64,000 nt of DNA, from NCBI GenBank assembly GCA_038147155.1, contig JAYQTA010000009.1:18283-82282 (forward strand), written 5' to 3'. Positions within the stretch are counted from its first letter, which is position 1; every line of letters starts with the position of its first letter. The notes under the pieces were generated by a model. That model saw only the letters and a list, made by a program, of their open reading frames with translations, was not told where the DNA came from and searched no databases. Made by a program: the position numbers and the translations under genes. Origin of the DNA: Candidatus Australimonas brisbanensis. GTDB taxonomy: Bacteria > Chloroflexota > Dehalococcoidia > Lucifugimonadales > Australimonadaceae. Below are positions 19,581 through 28,503 of this stretch, piece after piece.

Positions 19581-22016
19581 ATGGCGCGTACCCCGGAACG
19601 CAAGCCCGGCAGCTACGCCGAGCAGGCCCAGTCCGCTCGTCTGGAGGCGGATCTGGCGTTGCTGCGGCGCCGGTTAGGCATGTTCGCCGCCCTCTCCCAG
19701 CGCCTCTCCGCCAGCCTCGACCCGCAGCAGGTGCTGCGCAGCGTGGTGGAGGGTGCGTGCGAACTCCTGGGCGCGCGCTACGGCGCGGTGGGCATCTTAG
19801 GCGCCGACGGCACCCTGGCCGAGTTCGTCACCCACGGCATGGCCGAGGCCGAGCGCGAGCGCATCGGCCATCTGCCCGTGGGCAGGGGACTGCTGGGGCT
19901 GCTCCAGGAGGAGCAGCGCCCGGTGCGCCTGGCGGACCTGCGCACCCACCCGCGTTCCCTCGGCTTCCCGCCGGGTCACCCGCAGATGCACACCTTCCTG
20001 GGGGTGCCGCTGTGGCTGGAGGGGGTGGTCATGGGCCACCTGTACCTGACGGAGAAGCTGGGCGGGCAGGAGTTCTCCGCCGACGATGAGGAACTCGCCG
20101 TGCTGCTGGCGGGCCAGGCGGCCATGGCCATCCGCAACGCGCACCTGCACGCTGACGCCGAGGGCGAGCGCGAGCGCCTGCGCACCCTGGTGGAGACCTC
20201 CCCCGCCGGGGTGTTCGTGGTCTCGGCGGGCAGCGGCATCGTCGATTCGCCCGTGCGGCTGGTTAACCGGGAGGCCGCGCGCATCCTGGGATCCGGCGCC
20301 GAGGCCGACGGGCCGCTGGCTGAATTCGTCCAGGGCGCCACCTACTTCCGCTTCGACGGCACCCCCTTCCCTGACGACGAGCTCCCCCTGCGCCGCGCGC
20401 TGTTCAAGGGTGAGCGGGTGCAGGCGGAGGAGCTGCTGGTGCGCCGGCCAGACGGCACCGATGTGCCGGTGCTGGTCAACGCCACGCCGCTCTATGACGC
20501 GGAGGGACGCATCAGCGCCGCCGTGGGCGTGCTCCAGGACATCAGCCCCATCATGGAGCTGGAGCAGCTGCGCAACGAGTTTTTGGCCATGGTGAGCCAC
20601 GAGCTCAAGACCCCGCTCACCGCCATCAAGGGCTCGGCCGCCATGGCCCTGGGTTCCAAGCGCCTCCTCTCGGCCGACGAGTCCCATGAGTTGTTCGAGA
20701 TCATCGACGACCAGTCCGACCGCCTGCGAGACCTGGTGGACAACCTGCTGGACGTCTCGCGCATCGAGGCGGGCACCCTCTCCATCGCACCGGAGCCCGT
20801 GCACCTGGAGCCGTTGGTGCAGGAGGCGGTGGCCGCGCTGGAGCGCATGGGGGGGCGCCGCGAGGTGGTGGTGGAGCTCGCCGACGACCTGCCCGCCGTG
20901 CAGGCCGACCCCCAGCGGGTGCAGCAGGTGCTGGTGAACCTGCTCACCAACGCGGCCAAGTTCTCGCCGGAGACGGCGCCCATCACACTGCGCGCCGAGC
21001 ACACCGGCTCCTCGGTGGAAGTGTGCGTCGCCGACCACGGCCGCGGCTTCTCTCCCCAGGAGGCGGGGCTGCTCTTCCGCAAGTTCTCCCAACTGCCCGT
21101 CCAGCCGGGGGGGCGGCGCCAGGGCTCCGGGCTGGGGCTGGCCATCTGCAAGGGCATCGTGGAGGCCCACGGCGGACGCATCCGCGCCGAGAGCGCGGGG
21201 CCGGGGCGCGGATGCGCCTTCGTCTTCACGCTGCCCGTGGCCGCCGAGCAATCTGCCCGCCCCGCGCCCGCCGAGGTGACCCAGCGTGCCGCACATGTGG
21301 GGCGCATCACCCGTCCCGGTGAGCGCACCCGGGTGCTGGTGGTGGACGATGAGGCCCAGGTGCTGCGCTTCGTGCAGCGCGCGTTGGATGAGGCGGGGTA
21401 CCGGCCCATCAGTGCGCGCGACGGGGGCGAGGCGGTGCGTATGTTGGAGGGCGAGGAGCCGGACCTGGTGCTCATGGACGTGAACCTGCCGGGGCAGGAT
21501 GGGCTGGAGGTGCTGCGGCGCATCCGTGAGTTCTCCGGCGTGCCGGTCATCTTCCTGACCGCGGTGAACGATGCGGAGCAGGCGGCTCACGCCCTGCGCT
21601 CCGGTGCCGACGACTGGGTCACCAAGCCCTTCGTGCCCGATGAGTTGCTGGCCCGCATCGAGGCAGCGCTGCGCCGGCGGGTGCTGGCCGACCGCACCGA
21701 GGTGCGCGCACCCTACCGCAACGGCGCGCTGGAGATCGACTTCGCCGACCGGCGCGTGACGGTGGATGGGGAGCAGGTGCCCCTCTCGGCCACCGAGTAC
21801 AAGCTGCTCTTGGAGTTGGCCTCAAACGCGGGCCGGGTGCTCACCCACGACCAGATCCTGCACAACGTGTGGGGACCGGAGTACTCGGGCGCCAGCGAAC
21901 TGGTGCGCTCGTTCATCCGCAACCTGCGCCGCAAGCTGGGGGATGACGCGCGCAACCCCCGCTACATCCTCACCGAGCCCCAGGTGGGGTACCGCATGGC
22001 CCGCGCCGACGCCTAG
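19581..22016 (+). CDS. Soluble hybrid GAF-PAS-HisKA-HATPase-REC-OmpR/PhoB wHTH protein (kinase fused to a complete KdpE-like regulator)
   Basis: H-box SHELKTPLT, N-box NLLTNAAKF, G boxes DHGRG and GSGLGL, REC VVDDE/LMDVNLP/TKPF, wHTH VLTHDQILHNVWG...RKLGDD...YILTEPQVGY; no TM. Confidence 0.92.
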   Translation: MARTPERKPGSYAEQAQSARLEADLALLRRRLGMFAALSQRLSASLDPQQVLRSVVEGACELLGARYGAVGILGADGTLAEFVTHGMAEAERERIGHLPVGRGLLGLLQEEQRPVRLADLRTHPRSLGFPPGHPQMHTFLGVPLWLEGVVMGHLYLTEKLGGQEFSADDEELAVLLAGQAAMAIRNAHLHADAEGERERLRTLVETSPAGVFVVSAGSGIVDSPVRLVNREAARILGSGAEADGPLAEFVQGATYFRFDGTPFPDDELPLRRALFKGERVQAEELLVRRPDGTDVPVLVNATPLYDAEGRISAAVGVLQDISPIMELEQLRNEFLAMVSHELKTPLTAIKGSAAMALGSKRLLSADESHELFEIIDDQSDRLRDLVDNLLDVSRIEAGTLSIAPEPVHLEPLVQEAVAALERMGGRREVVVELADDLPAVQADPQRVQQVLVNLLTNAAKFSPETAPITLRAEHTGSSVEVCVADHGRGFSPQEAGLLFRKFSQLPVQPGGRRQGSGLGLAICKGIVEAHGGRIRAESAGPGRGCAFVFTLPVAAEQSARPAPAEVTQRAAHVGRITRPGERTRVLVVDDEAQVLRFVQRALDEAGYRPISARDGGEAVRMLEGEEPDLVLMDVNLPGQDGLEVLRRIREFSGVPVIFLTAVNDAEQAAHALRSGADDWVTKPFVPDELLARIEAALRRRVLADRTEVRAPYRNGALEIDFADRRVTVDGEQVPLSATEYKLLLELASNAGRVLTHDQILHNVWGPEYSGASELVRSFIRNLRRKLGDDARNPRYILTEPQVGYRMARADA

Positions 22017-22129
22017 CCAGCGGCCATTTTCACGTTCCACTCACACGCTCCCCGCGCCTGTTTCACGTGTGCTGCATGGCCCACGCCTAGCGTGGGTGGT
22101 GTCCCACAGGGGGACCAACGAGGTGTGGC

Positions 22130-22534
22130 ATGGCGGAGTTGGGTCTGCGGACGCCGGTGCTGCTGGTGGAGGACGATGAGGGCGTGCGGCGCATGCTGCG
22201 TGCCGTGCTGCGCCGCGGTGACTTCGATGTGACCGCCGTCACCACCGGCACCGAGGCGCTGGCCCACCTGTCCGAGCGGCCCGTGGGAGCGGTGCTGCTG
22301 GATCTGGATCTGCCCGATGGGCGCTCCGCCGATGTGCTGCGCTGGTTGCACCAGAACGACGAGAACCCCCCGTGGATGGTGATCTCGGCCATGGACCGGC
22401 GCGATGCCCTGCGCCTCGATGAGGCCATCGGCAAGCGGTTCATGGCCAAGCCCTTCGACCCCTGGGCGCTGGTGGACTCCAGCAGGGCGATGACCCAGGT
22501 GGCGGGGGATGCTTCGAGCGGAGGTGTGTGGTGA
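22130..22534 (+). CDS. Single-domain response regulator (REC)
   Basis: LLVEDD, LLDLDLPD, MAKPF. Confidence 0.85.
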   Translation: MAELGLRTPVLLVEDDEGVRRMLRAVLRRGDFDVTAVTTGTEALAHLSERPVGAVLLDLDLPDGRSADVLRWLHQNDENPPWMVISAMDRRDALRLDEAIGKRFMAKPFDPWALVDSSRAMTQVAGDASSGGVW

Positions 22535-22746
22535 CGTACTGGTTGAAGGCGTGCCCGCGCTGCGGGGGAGACATGGAGCTGGTGCGCGAACCGATGATGG
22601 GTACGTACGTGACGTGCATGCAGTGCGCCAACGTGCTCACCGCGCGTGAGGAGGCTCACCTGCGCATCACCGGCTCCATGCCCGCTGAGGTCACCGCCGA
22701 GGCGCCCCCGCCGGTGCTCATCGAAGGGCGACGGCGCAGCGCATAG
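22528..22746 (+). CDS. Small Zn-ribbon protein
   Basis: CPRC and CMQC pairs in 72 aa; start overlaps the REC stop. Confidence 0.75.
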   Translation: MVTYWLKACPRCGGDMELVREPMMGTYVTCMQCANVLTAREEAHLRITGSMPAEVTAEAPPPVLIEGRRRSA

Positions 22747-22843
22747 GGAGGGCGACGGCGCAGCACGCAGTGCTGACCTATCCCTTGGGCCCGGCGCGCC
22801 TCCGAGGCGCGATGCGAGCGAGTCCGCGAGCGGGGCATCTTCT

Positions 22844-24604
22844 CTACCAGGCTCCGGCGTAGGGGTCTTCGTCGGGCGGGCGCTGGTCCTCGCCGAAGGC
22901 GAGCCGCTCGCGGGTCGAGCGCACGATCTGGGCGATGAGGGCCCGTTCCACGCCCAGATCATGCAGGCTGGAGCGCAACACCTCCAGCGCCGCCTCCATC
23001 TCCGGCCAGACCACCTCCTCCACGCCCTGCGCCCGCAGCGCCTCGGCCTCTTCGCGGTAGCCCACGCGCCCGATGATGGGCAGTTCCGGGTGCATGCGGC
23101 GGGCGTGCTGGACGGTGACCAGTGCTGAGACGGGATCGGTGACCGTGAGGATGAGCAGCCGGGCGTGCGCCACCCGGGCCTGGCGCAACACCTCCTCCAG
23201 CGCCGCATCGCCCTGTATCGCGAAGCCGTGGGGCGGATGCACGCGCGCGGCCGCCACCGGGTCGATGTCCACGCCGATGTGGGGGATGTGCAGCGTGTTC
23301 AGCTCATCCGCCACGAAGGTGCCGATGCGTCCCAGCCCGGCGACGACCACGTGCCCGTGCAGTTCGGGGATGCGCCCGGCCACCTCGGTGGCGTGGGGGC
23401 CCGCATGCATCGGCTCGCGCCGCAGGATGCGATAGCGCGTCTCCAGCCCGCCCACCAGCCGGGAGGCCCCGGCGATGACCAGCGGCGTGGAGGCCATGGT
23501 GAGCAGGGCCGTGGCGATCACCGTTGGCAGGAAGCCCTCGTCAGAGAGGCCCAGTTCGGCGGCGGCTGCGGCCAGGATGAAGCTGAACTCCCCCAGTTGC
23601 ACCAGGCCGGCCCCGGCGCGGGTGGCGGTGTTGGGCAGGTAGCCCACCGCGCGCACCAGCACCGCCACCAGGGTGAACTTCACCGCGATGGCAGCGGCGA
23701 CCACCAGGGCGATGGTGAGGGCGTTCTCCACCAGGAAGAGGGGGCTGGTGAGCATGCCCAGGGCCGCGAAGAAGAGGGCGCCGAAGATATCCCGCATGGC
23801 GCCCACCTCCTGGAGCGCCTGGTGTCCTGCCCAGTCGGTCTCGCTCACCACCAGGCCCGCCACGAAGGCCCCCAGCGCCGCGGAGAGGCCCACTGAGGAG
23901 GTGGCCGCCGCGCTGGCGAAGGTGATGGCGACCACGGTGATGACGAAGGTCTCCCGTGAGCCCAGCACCGCCACGCGGCGCAGCAGCCACGGGATCACGC
24001 GCCCGCCCGCGACGAAGGCGATGGCCAGCACCGCGGCGGCCTTGCCGGTGCTCACGCCCAACTCCCACACGAGCGAGCCGCCGTTCCCGGCGAACACGGG
24101 TAGCAGCGCGATCATGGGGATGAAGGCCAGGTCCTGGAGCACGAGGACGCCGGTCATCACCCGGCTGTGCAGCGCTCCGAGTTCCCCCCGGTCCATTATG
24201 GTCTTGAGCACCACCATTGTGGAGGAGAGGGAGAGGGCCATGCCCAGCGCGGCCGACTGCCCGGTTGGCCAGCCCAGCCCCAGCCCCAACAGGTAGCCTG
24301 CCAGCGCGGTGCCCACGATCTGCCCGCCGCCAGCCACCAGCACGCGCCAGCCCGCCCGGCGCAGGTCCGCCAGCGAGATCTCCACGCCCACGGTGAACAG
24401 CAGCAGTACCACGCCGAATTCGGCCAGGGACTGCACCTCATCGGTGTTGTGGATGAGCCCGAAGGCGTGCGGGCCGATGGCGACGCCTGCCGCCATGTAG
24501 CCCATGATGGCGGGCAGGCGCAGCGCGCGCGCGATGAAGCCGCCGGCGAAGACGGCGACGAAGACGATGACGATGTCGGAGAAGAGCCCTGCCTGCTCGT
24601 GCAC
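22844..24604 (-). CDS. CPA2 cation:proton antiporter with C-terminal TrkA_N (KefC/YbaL-like)
   Basis: AEFGVVLLLFTVGVE, LSLSSTMVV, VLQDL, LGAFVAGL, QLGEFSFI, HVVVAGLGRIG. Confidence 0.92.
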   Translation of the reverse strand: MHEQAGLFSDIVIVFVAVFAGGFIARALRLPAIMGYMAAGVAIGPHAFGLIHNTDEVQSLAEFGVVLLLFTVGVEISLADLRRAGWRVLVAGGGQIVGTALAGYLLGLGLGWPTGQSAALGMALSLSSTMVVLKTIMDRGELGALHSRVMTGVLVLQDLAFIPMIALLPVFAGNGGSLVWELGVSTGKAAAVLAIAFVAGGRVIPWLLRRVAVLGSRETFVITVVAITFASAAATSSVGLSAALGAFVAGLVVSETDWAGHQALQEVGAMRDIFGALFFAALGMLTSPLFLVENALTIALVVAAAIAVKFTLVAVLVRAVGYLPNTATRAGAGLVQLGEFSFILAAAAAELGLSDEGFLPTVIATALLTMASTPLVIAGASRLVGGLETRYRILRREPMHAGPHATEVAGRIPELHGHVVVAGLGRIGTFVADELNTLHIPHIGVDIDPVAAARVHPPHGFAIQGDAALEEVLRQARVAHARLLILTVTDPVSALVTVQHARRMHPELPIIGRVGYREEAEALRAQGVEEVVWPEMEAALEVLRSSLHDLGVERALIAQIVRSTRERLAFGEDQRPPDEDPYAGAW

Positions 24605-24619
24605 CGGGCTGATACCCCC

Positions 24620-25621
24620 TCAACGAACGCGGCGCCGCCCCCAGGGCGGCGCCTCGATTTGCCTGCGCCCTCCCGAGGTCTGGCCGGGCCGCACCACCAG
24701 CACCGGGCCTGAGCTGTGGCGGATGACCCGGTCGGCCACCGACCCCAGCACCCAGCGCTTGACGCCGGAGCGCCCGTGCGTGCCCATGACGGCGAGCTTG
24801 TCGCCGCCCTCACCCAGCTCCTCAAGGATAGCGGTGCCGGGGTAGCCGGTCATAGCGACCTCGTTCACGTCACTGATGCCTGCTGCCTTCACCTACTGGG
24901 CGATCTTGGAGGCGTACTGCTGGGCGTCGGCCTCCACCTCTGCGTACAGGTCATCGTAGGCGGCGGGCACGTACTCAGCGAAGGTGTCGCCGAAGGCGGT
25001 GGGGGGGATGGCGCGCAGCACGGTGATGCCGGTGCCCAGCGCCTTGGCCATCTCGATGGCGTGGGAGATGGCGCGCTCGCCCGTCTCGGATCCGTCCACC
25101 GCGAGCACCACGCGGGAGATCCTGGGCGCGGCGGAGGCCACGTCACCTTCGGCTGAGCGGATCACCAGCGTCGCGTGGTTGGCCTCACGCACCTTCTTGT
25201 CGGTGACGGAGCCCATGACCCAGCGCCCCACGCCGGAGCGACCGTGAGTGGAGATGACGATGAGCGTCTCGGCCACCTTGGTCGCCTCGGTGTTGATGGC
25301 ATCAGCCGGGTCGCCCTCAGCGGCGATGCTGCCCATCTTGGCGCCGGAACCCTTCAGGTTCGCGGCCTCCTTGGCCAGGCCTGTCTCGGCTGCCTTGCGC
25401 TGCGCGGCGGTCATCTCGGCCAGTTTGGTGGGGTCGACCTTCGCCGCCACGCCCTCACGCATGCCCCGGCCCACCTCCGCCCAGATCCCCTCGGGCAGGG
25501 CGTTCTAGGCGCGCAGCAGGTCCACGCGCGCGCCGGTGGAACGGGCCACCAGCAGGGCAACGGGCAGCGCCTGGAGCGCCAGGGCGGAACCGTCCAGGGG
25601 AATCAGCACACGCTTGTACAT
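24620..25621 (-). pseudogene. Tandem-domain universal stress protein with two in-frame TAG codons (as sequenced)
   Basis: One frame from ATG 25621 (MYKRVLIPLDGS) to TGA 24620; TAG at 25505-25507 (codon 39) and 24893-24895 (codon 243); two USP signatures STHGRSG...MGSVTDK and GTHGRSG...LGSVADRV. Confidence 0.85.
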
Positions 25622-25659
25622 GCGGACCTCCTCCGAGGTGGAACGGGTTGGGGACGAGA

Positions 25660-26407
25660 CTACTGGGCGGTGAAGCCCCCGTCGGCCACCAGCTCGGCGC
25701 CGGTGACGAAGGAGGCCTCGTCAGAGGCCAGGAACAGGATGCAGTTGGCGATCTCCACGGGCTGCGCCATGCGGCCGATGGGGTGCATGCGCTTGCCCAG
25801 GTCCGGGTCGGCGCTCAGCGCACCCTCGGTCATGGGAGTGACGACCCCGCCGGGGTGCACGGAGTTCACCCGCACGCCCTCGGCGGCGTACCCCACCGCA
25901 GCGGCCTTCGTGATCAGGTGCACGGCGGCCTTCGTCGCCCCATAGAGGGGGGGGGGTGTACACCATGCCCACCAGCCCCGAGATGGACGAGACGTTGACG
26001 ATGGACCCGCCACCATTCACGCGCATGTGGCGCACCGCCTCGCGTGTGCCCAGGTAGCACCCACGGGCGTTCACCGCCATCAGCCGCTCCCAATCGTCCA
26101 GGGACGATTCGGCCAGGGGCCCCATGGCGAGGATGCCCGCGTTGTTAACCACGATGTCCAATCGCCCGAAGCGGCGCACCGCCTCACCCATTGCCCCCGC
26201 CCACGCGGCCTCGTCGGCCACGTCCAGGTGCAGGTAGGCGGCCTGGGCGCCGCCCTTGGTGAGCCGTGCGGCAAGCGCCTGACCGGGCTCGTCCAGCACA
26301 TCAGCGATGAGTACGCTGGCACCCTCCTGGCAGAAGCGCTCCGCCGTGGCCGCGCCGATGCCACGCGCCGCTCCGGTGACGAGGGCAACCTTGCCAGACA
26401 ACCTCAT
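25660..26407 (-). CDS. SDR oxidoreductase with a +1 frameshift in a C10 run
   Basis: TGAARGIG, VNNAG, NVSSISG; catalytic YGATK and NSVHPG continue in another frame after the G10 at 25947-25956. Confidence 0.88.
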
Positions 26408-26523
26408 GCGCACCTCTGTGGGCCTGGGTGGGACTCCACACCCGCCACCGTCAGGCTAGGAGAGGGCCGTCAATCCATCGTTAGGGGAGGGCATGGCGGC
26501 GTGAAGGGTGCGTGAAGGTGCGC

Positions 26524-27345
26524 TCAGGAGGCGGGCACATCACGGAAACCCGTCAATACCGCGCTCACCAGCAGGCGTTGGTCGTACTTGAGGCGTGGGT
26601 AGCAGGTGACGAGCGTGAGGCGGGCGTCGCCTGCCTGGGTCAGTTCCAGCGCCTCTGCGGGGACGATGCCGGTGCCGCTCACCTGGTAGAGGTACTGGCG
26701 GCTTCCGGTCTGGAGGATGACGTGCACGTCCTCCCCCGCCCGCAGCAGTCCCGGTATCTGGGGAAGCGCGGCGAAGACGTTGCCCTCCCCCAGCACCGGC
26801 GATTCCAGGTGGCCGAAGTACCACCCATTGCCGTGGGAGCCGGGGTTGGGTGTTGCGGGGATGTGCCCCACCATGAACTTGGGCGTCTCGTAGGCCGATG
26901 AGTCGCCCAGGTCCAGGATGGCCAGTTCATCCACCGCTGCGTCCACGCCGATGGCGGGGATGATGATGCGCTCGGCCTGGCCCACTGCCCCGGACAGCGA
27001 GGGCTGCCCCAGTGGAGAGAGGGGGATGAACCCCTCCAGCGTGCCCGCGCCGGGCACCGCGAAGCCGAGGGTACCGCGCGGGTCGGCCCACTGGCGCGCG
27101 GGCAACTGGCTGCCGGGGTAGAGGGAGGCCCATGCGCCCGCCTGGCTTCCGGGGCCTGCGGGGGTGGGCGTGGACAGCGTCTCCGCCGGGCCGCCCGTGG
27201 TCACCAGCCCGCCCGCCCCGCGTCCTGCCAGGAAGGTGTAGGCGTAGTAGGCAACCGCTCCGGCCAGGAGCACCAGGCCCACGACCAGCATGCCGGTGGA
27301 GGCCCAGAGGCGCAGACGTGAGGAACGCTGTGGCGAGGGGCTCAT
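26524..27345 (-). CDS. Sortase family protein
   Basis: N-terminal TM, RIIIPAIGVDA, YFGHLES (His), LTLVTCYP (Cys), RLLV (Arg). Confidence 0.88.
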   Translation of the reverse strand: MSPSPQRSSRLRLWASTGMLVVGLVLLAGAVAYYAYTFLAGRGAGGLVTTGGPAETLSTPTPAGPGSQAGAWASLYPGSQLPARQWADPRGTLGFAVPGAGTLEGFIPLSPLGQPSLSGAVGQAERIIIPAIGVDAAVDELAILDLGDSSAYETPKFMVGHIPATPNPGSHGNGWYFGHLESPVLGEGNVFAALPQIPGLLRAGEDVHVILQTGSRQYLYQVSGTGIVPAEALELTQAGDARLTLVTCYPRLKYDQRLLVSAVLTGFRDVPAS

Positions 27346-27388
27346 CACCACGGGTACGCTCCGGGGCGGCGTTCGGACGCCTGCCGGG

Positions 27389-27577
27389 TCAGCGCCCGCG
27401 CCCCTCCCCATCGGAGATGGGCTCGTTGCGGATGATCTCGCCGTTGCGGATCTTCAGGTTGAAGCCGCATGCGGGGTTGGTGCAGACCCATGCCTTGTAG
27501 TGTACCGGCGCGCCCTGCCCGCCGAAATCAGACAGGGGCACCAGGTCACCGGCACCGCACGAGCGGCAGGGGGGCAT
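27389..27577 (-). CDS. Small Zn-finger-like protein
   Basis: CRSC...LVPLSDFG...YKAWVCTNPACGFNLKI, 62 aa; GGAG upstream. Confidence 0.75.
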   Translation of the reverse strand: MPPCRSCGAGDLVPLSDFGGQGAPVHYKAWVCTNPACGFNLKIRNGEIIRNEPISDGEGRGR

Positions 27578-27747
27578 GCTCACATCCACAGGGCTCCTCC
27601 TCGTGCGTGGCGCCCCAGGGGCGCCCGGCCCGCCCTTGCGGGTGGGCGACGCGGATACTACCACCGCGTGCGGTGAACCGTCCGTGGGGGCATGGATTGG
27701 GCGCGACGGGCGGTCTATGCTGGCCGGGTTGGCAGTGGAGGTGCGGG

Positions 27748-28503
27748 ATGCTGGAGCAGACGGTGCGGCACGTGCGGCGGCTCATCATGCCGTGGATCTC
27801 TCGCTCCAACAGCCAGCGCCGGCATGAGGGGCACCGGCCCGAGGGCTCCATGCTGCGGGAGGTGGTGTTCGGCGCCAACGATGGGCTGGTGTCAAACGTG
27901 GCTCTGGTGGCTGGCATCGCGGGCGGCACCTCGGACCCCAAGGTCATCGTCCTCGGCGGTGTGGCGGGCCTGGTTGCCGGGGCCATCTCCATGTCCCTGG
28001 GCGCCTACGTGTCCACCAAGTCGGAGCGTGAGTTCCGCGAGGCCGAGGAGGCCCGGGAGCGCTACGAGGTGGAGCACATGCGGGAGGTTGAGCTGGCGGA
28101 GACGCGGCACATCTTTCGCCTCAAGGGCATCACCGGCCCGCTGCTGGACGAGGTGGTGGAGACGGTCTCCCGCGATCACGACGCCTGGGTGCAGCTGATG
28201 ATGACCGAGGAGCTGGGCTTCCCCGACCAGCCCCCGCGCCCCGTGCTCTCCGCAGCCCTCATGGGCATCGCCTTCGCCGTGGCCGCCTGCGCACCGGTGC
28301 TGCCCTACCTGTTCCTGGAGGGCACGTCCGCCTTCGCCGCGTCGGTGGGGTTCACGGGCGCTGCGCTCTTCGCCGTGGGCGCCTGGCGCGCCACCCTCAG
28401 CGCGGGCAACGTGCTGGTGAAGGGGACGGAGATGGTGCTGCTGGCCGCCGCCGCCGTGGTGGTGGCGAACCTGATCGGCAAGCTGGTGGGCGTGAGCCTC
28501 TAG
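27748..28503 (+). CDS. VIT1/CCC1 family Fe/Mn transporter
   Basis: REVVFGANDGLVS, AGAISMSLGAYVS, MMTEELG; ATG 27748. Confidence 0.92.
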   Translation: MLEQTVRHVRRLIMPWISRSNSQRRHEGHRPEGSMLREVVFGANDGLVSNVALVAGIAGGTSDPKVIVLGGVAGLVAGAISMSLGAYVSTKSEREFREAEEARERYEVEHMREVELAETRHIFRLKGITGPLLDEVVETVSRDHDAWVQLMMTEELGFPDQPPRPVLSAALMGIAFAVAACAPVLPYLFLEGTSAFAASVGFTGAALFAVGAWRATLSAGNVLVKGTEMVLLAAAAVVVANLIGKLVGVSL

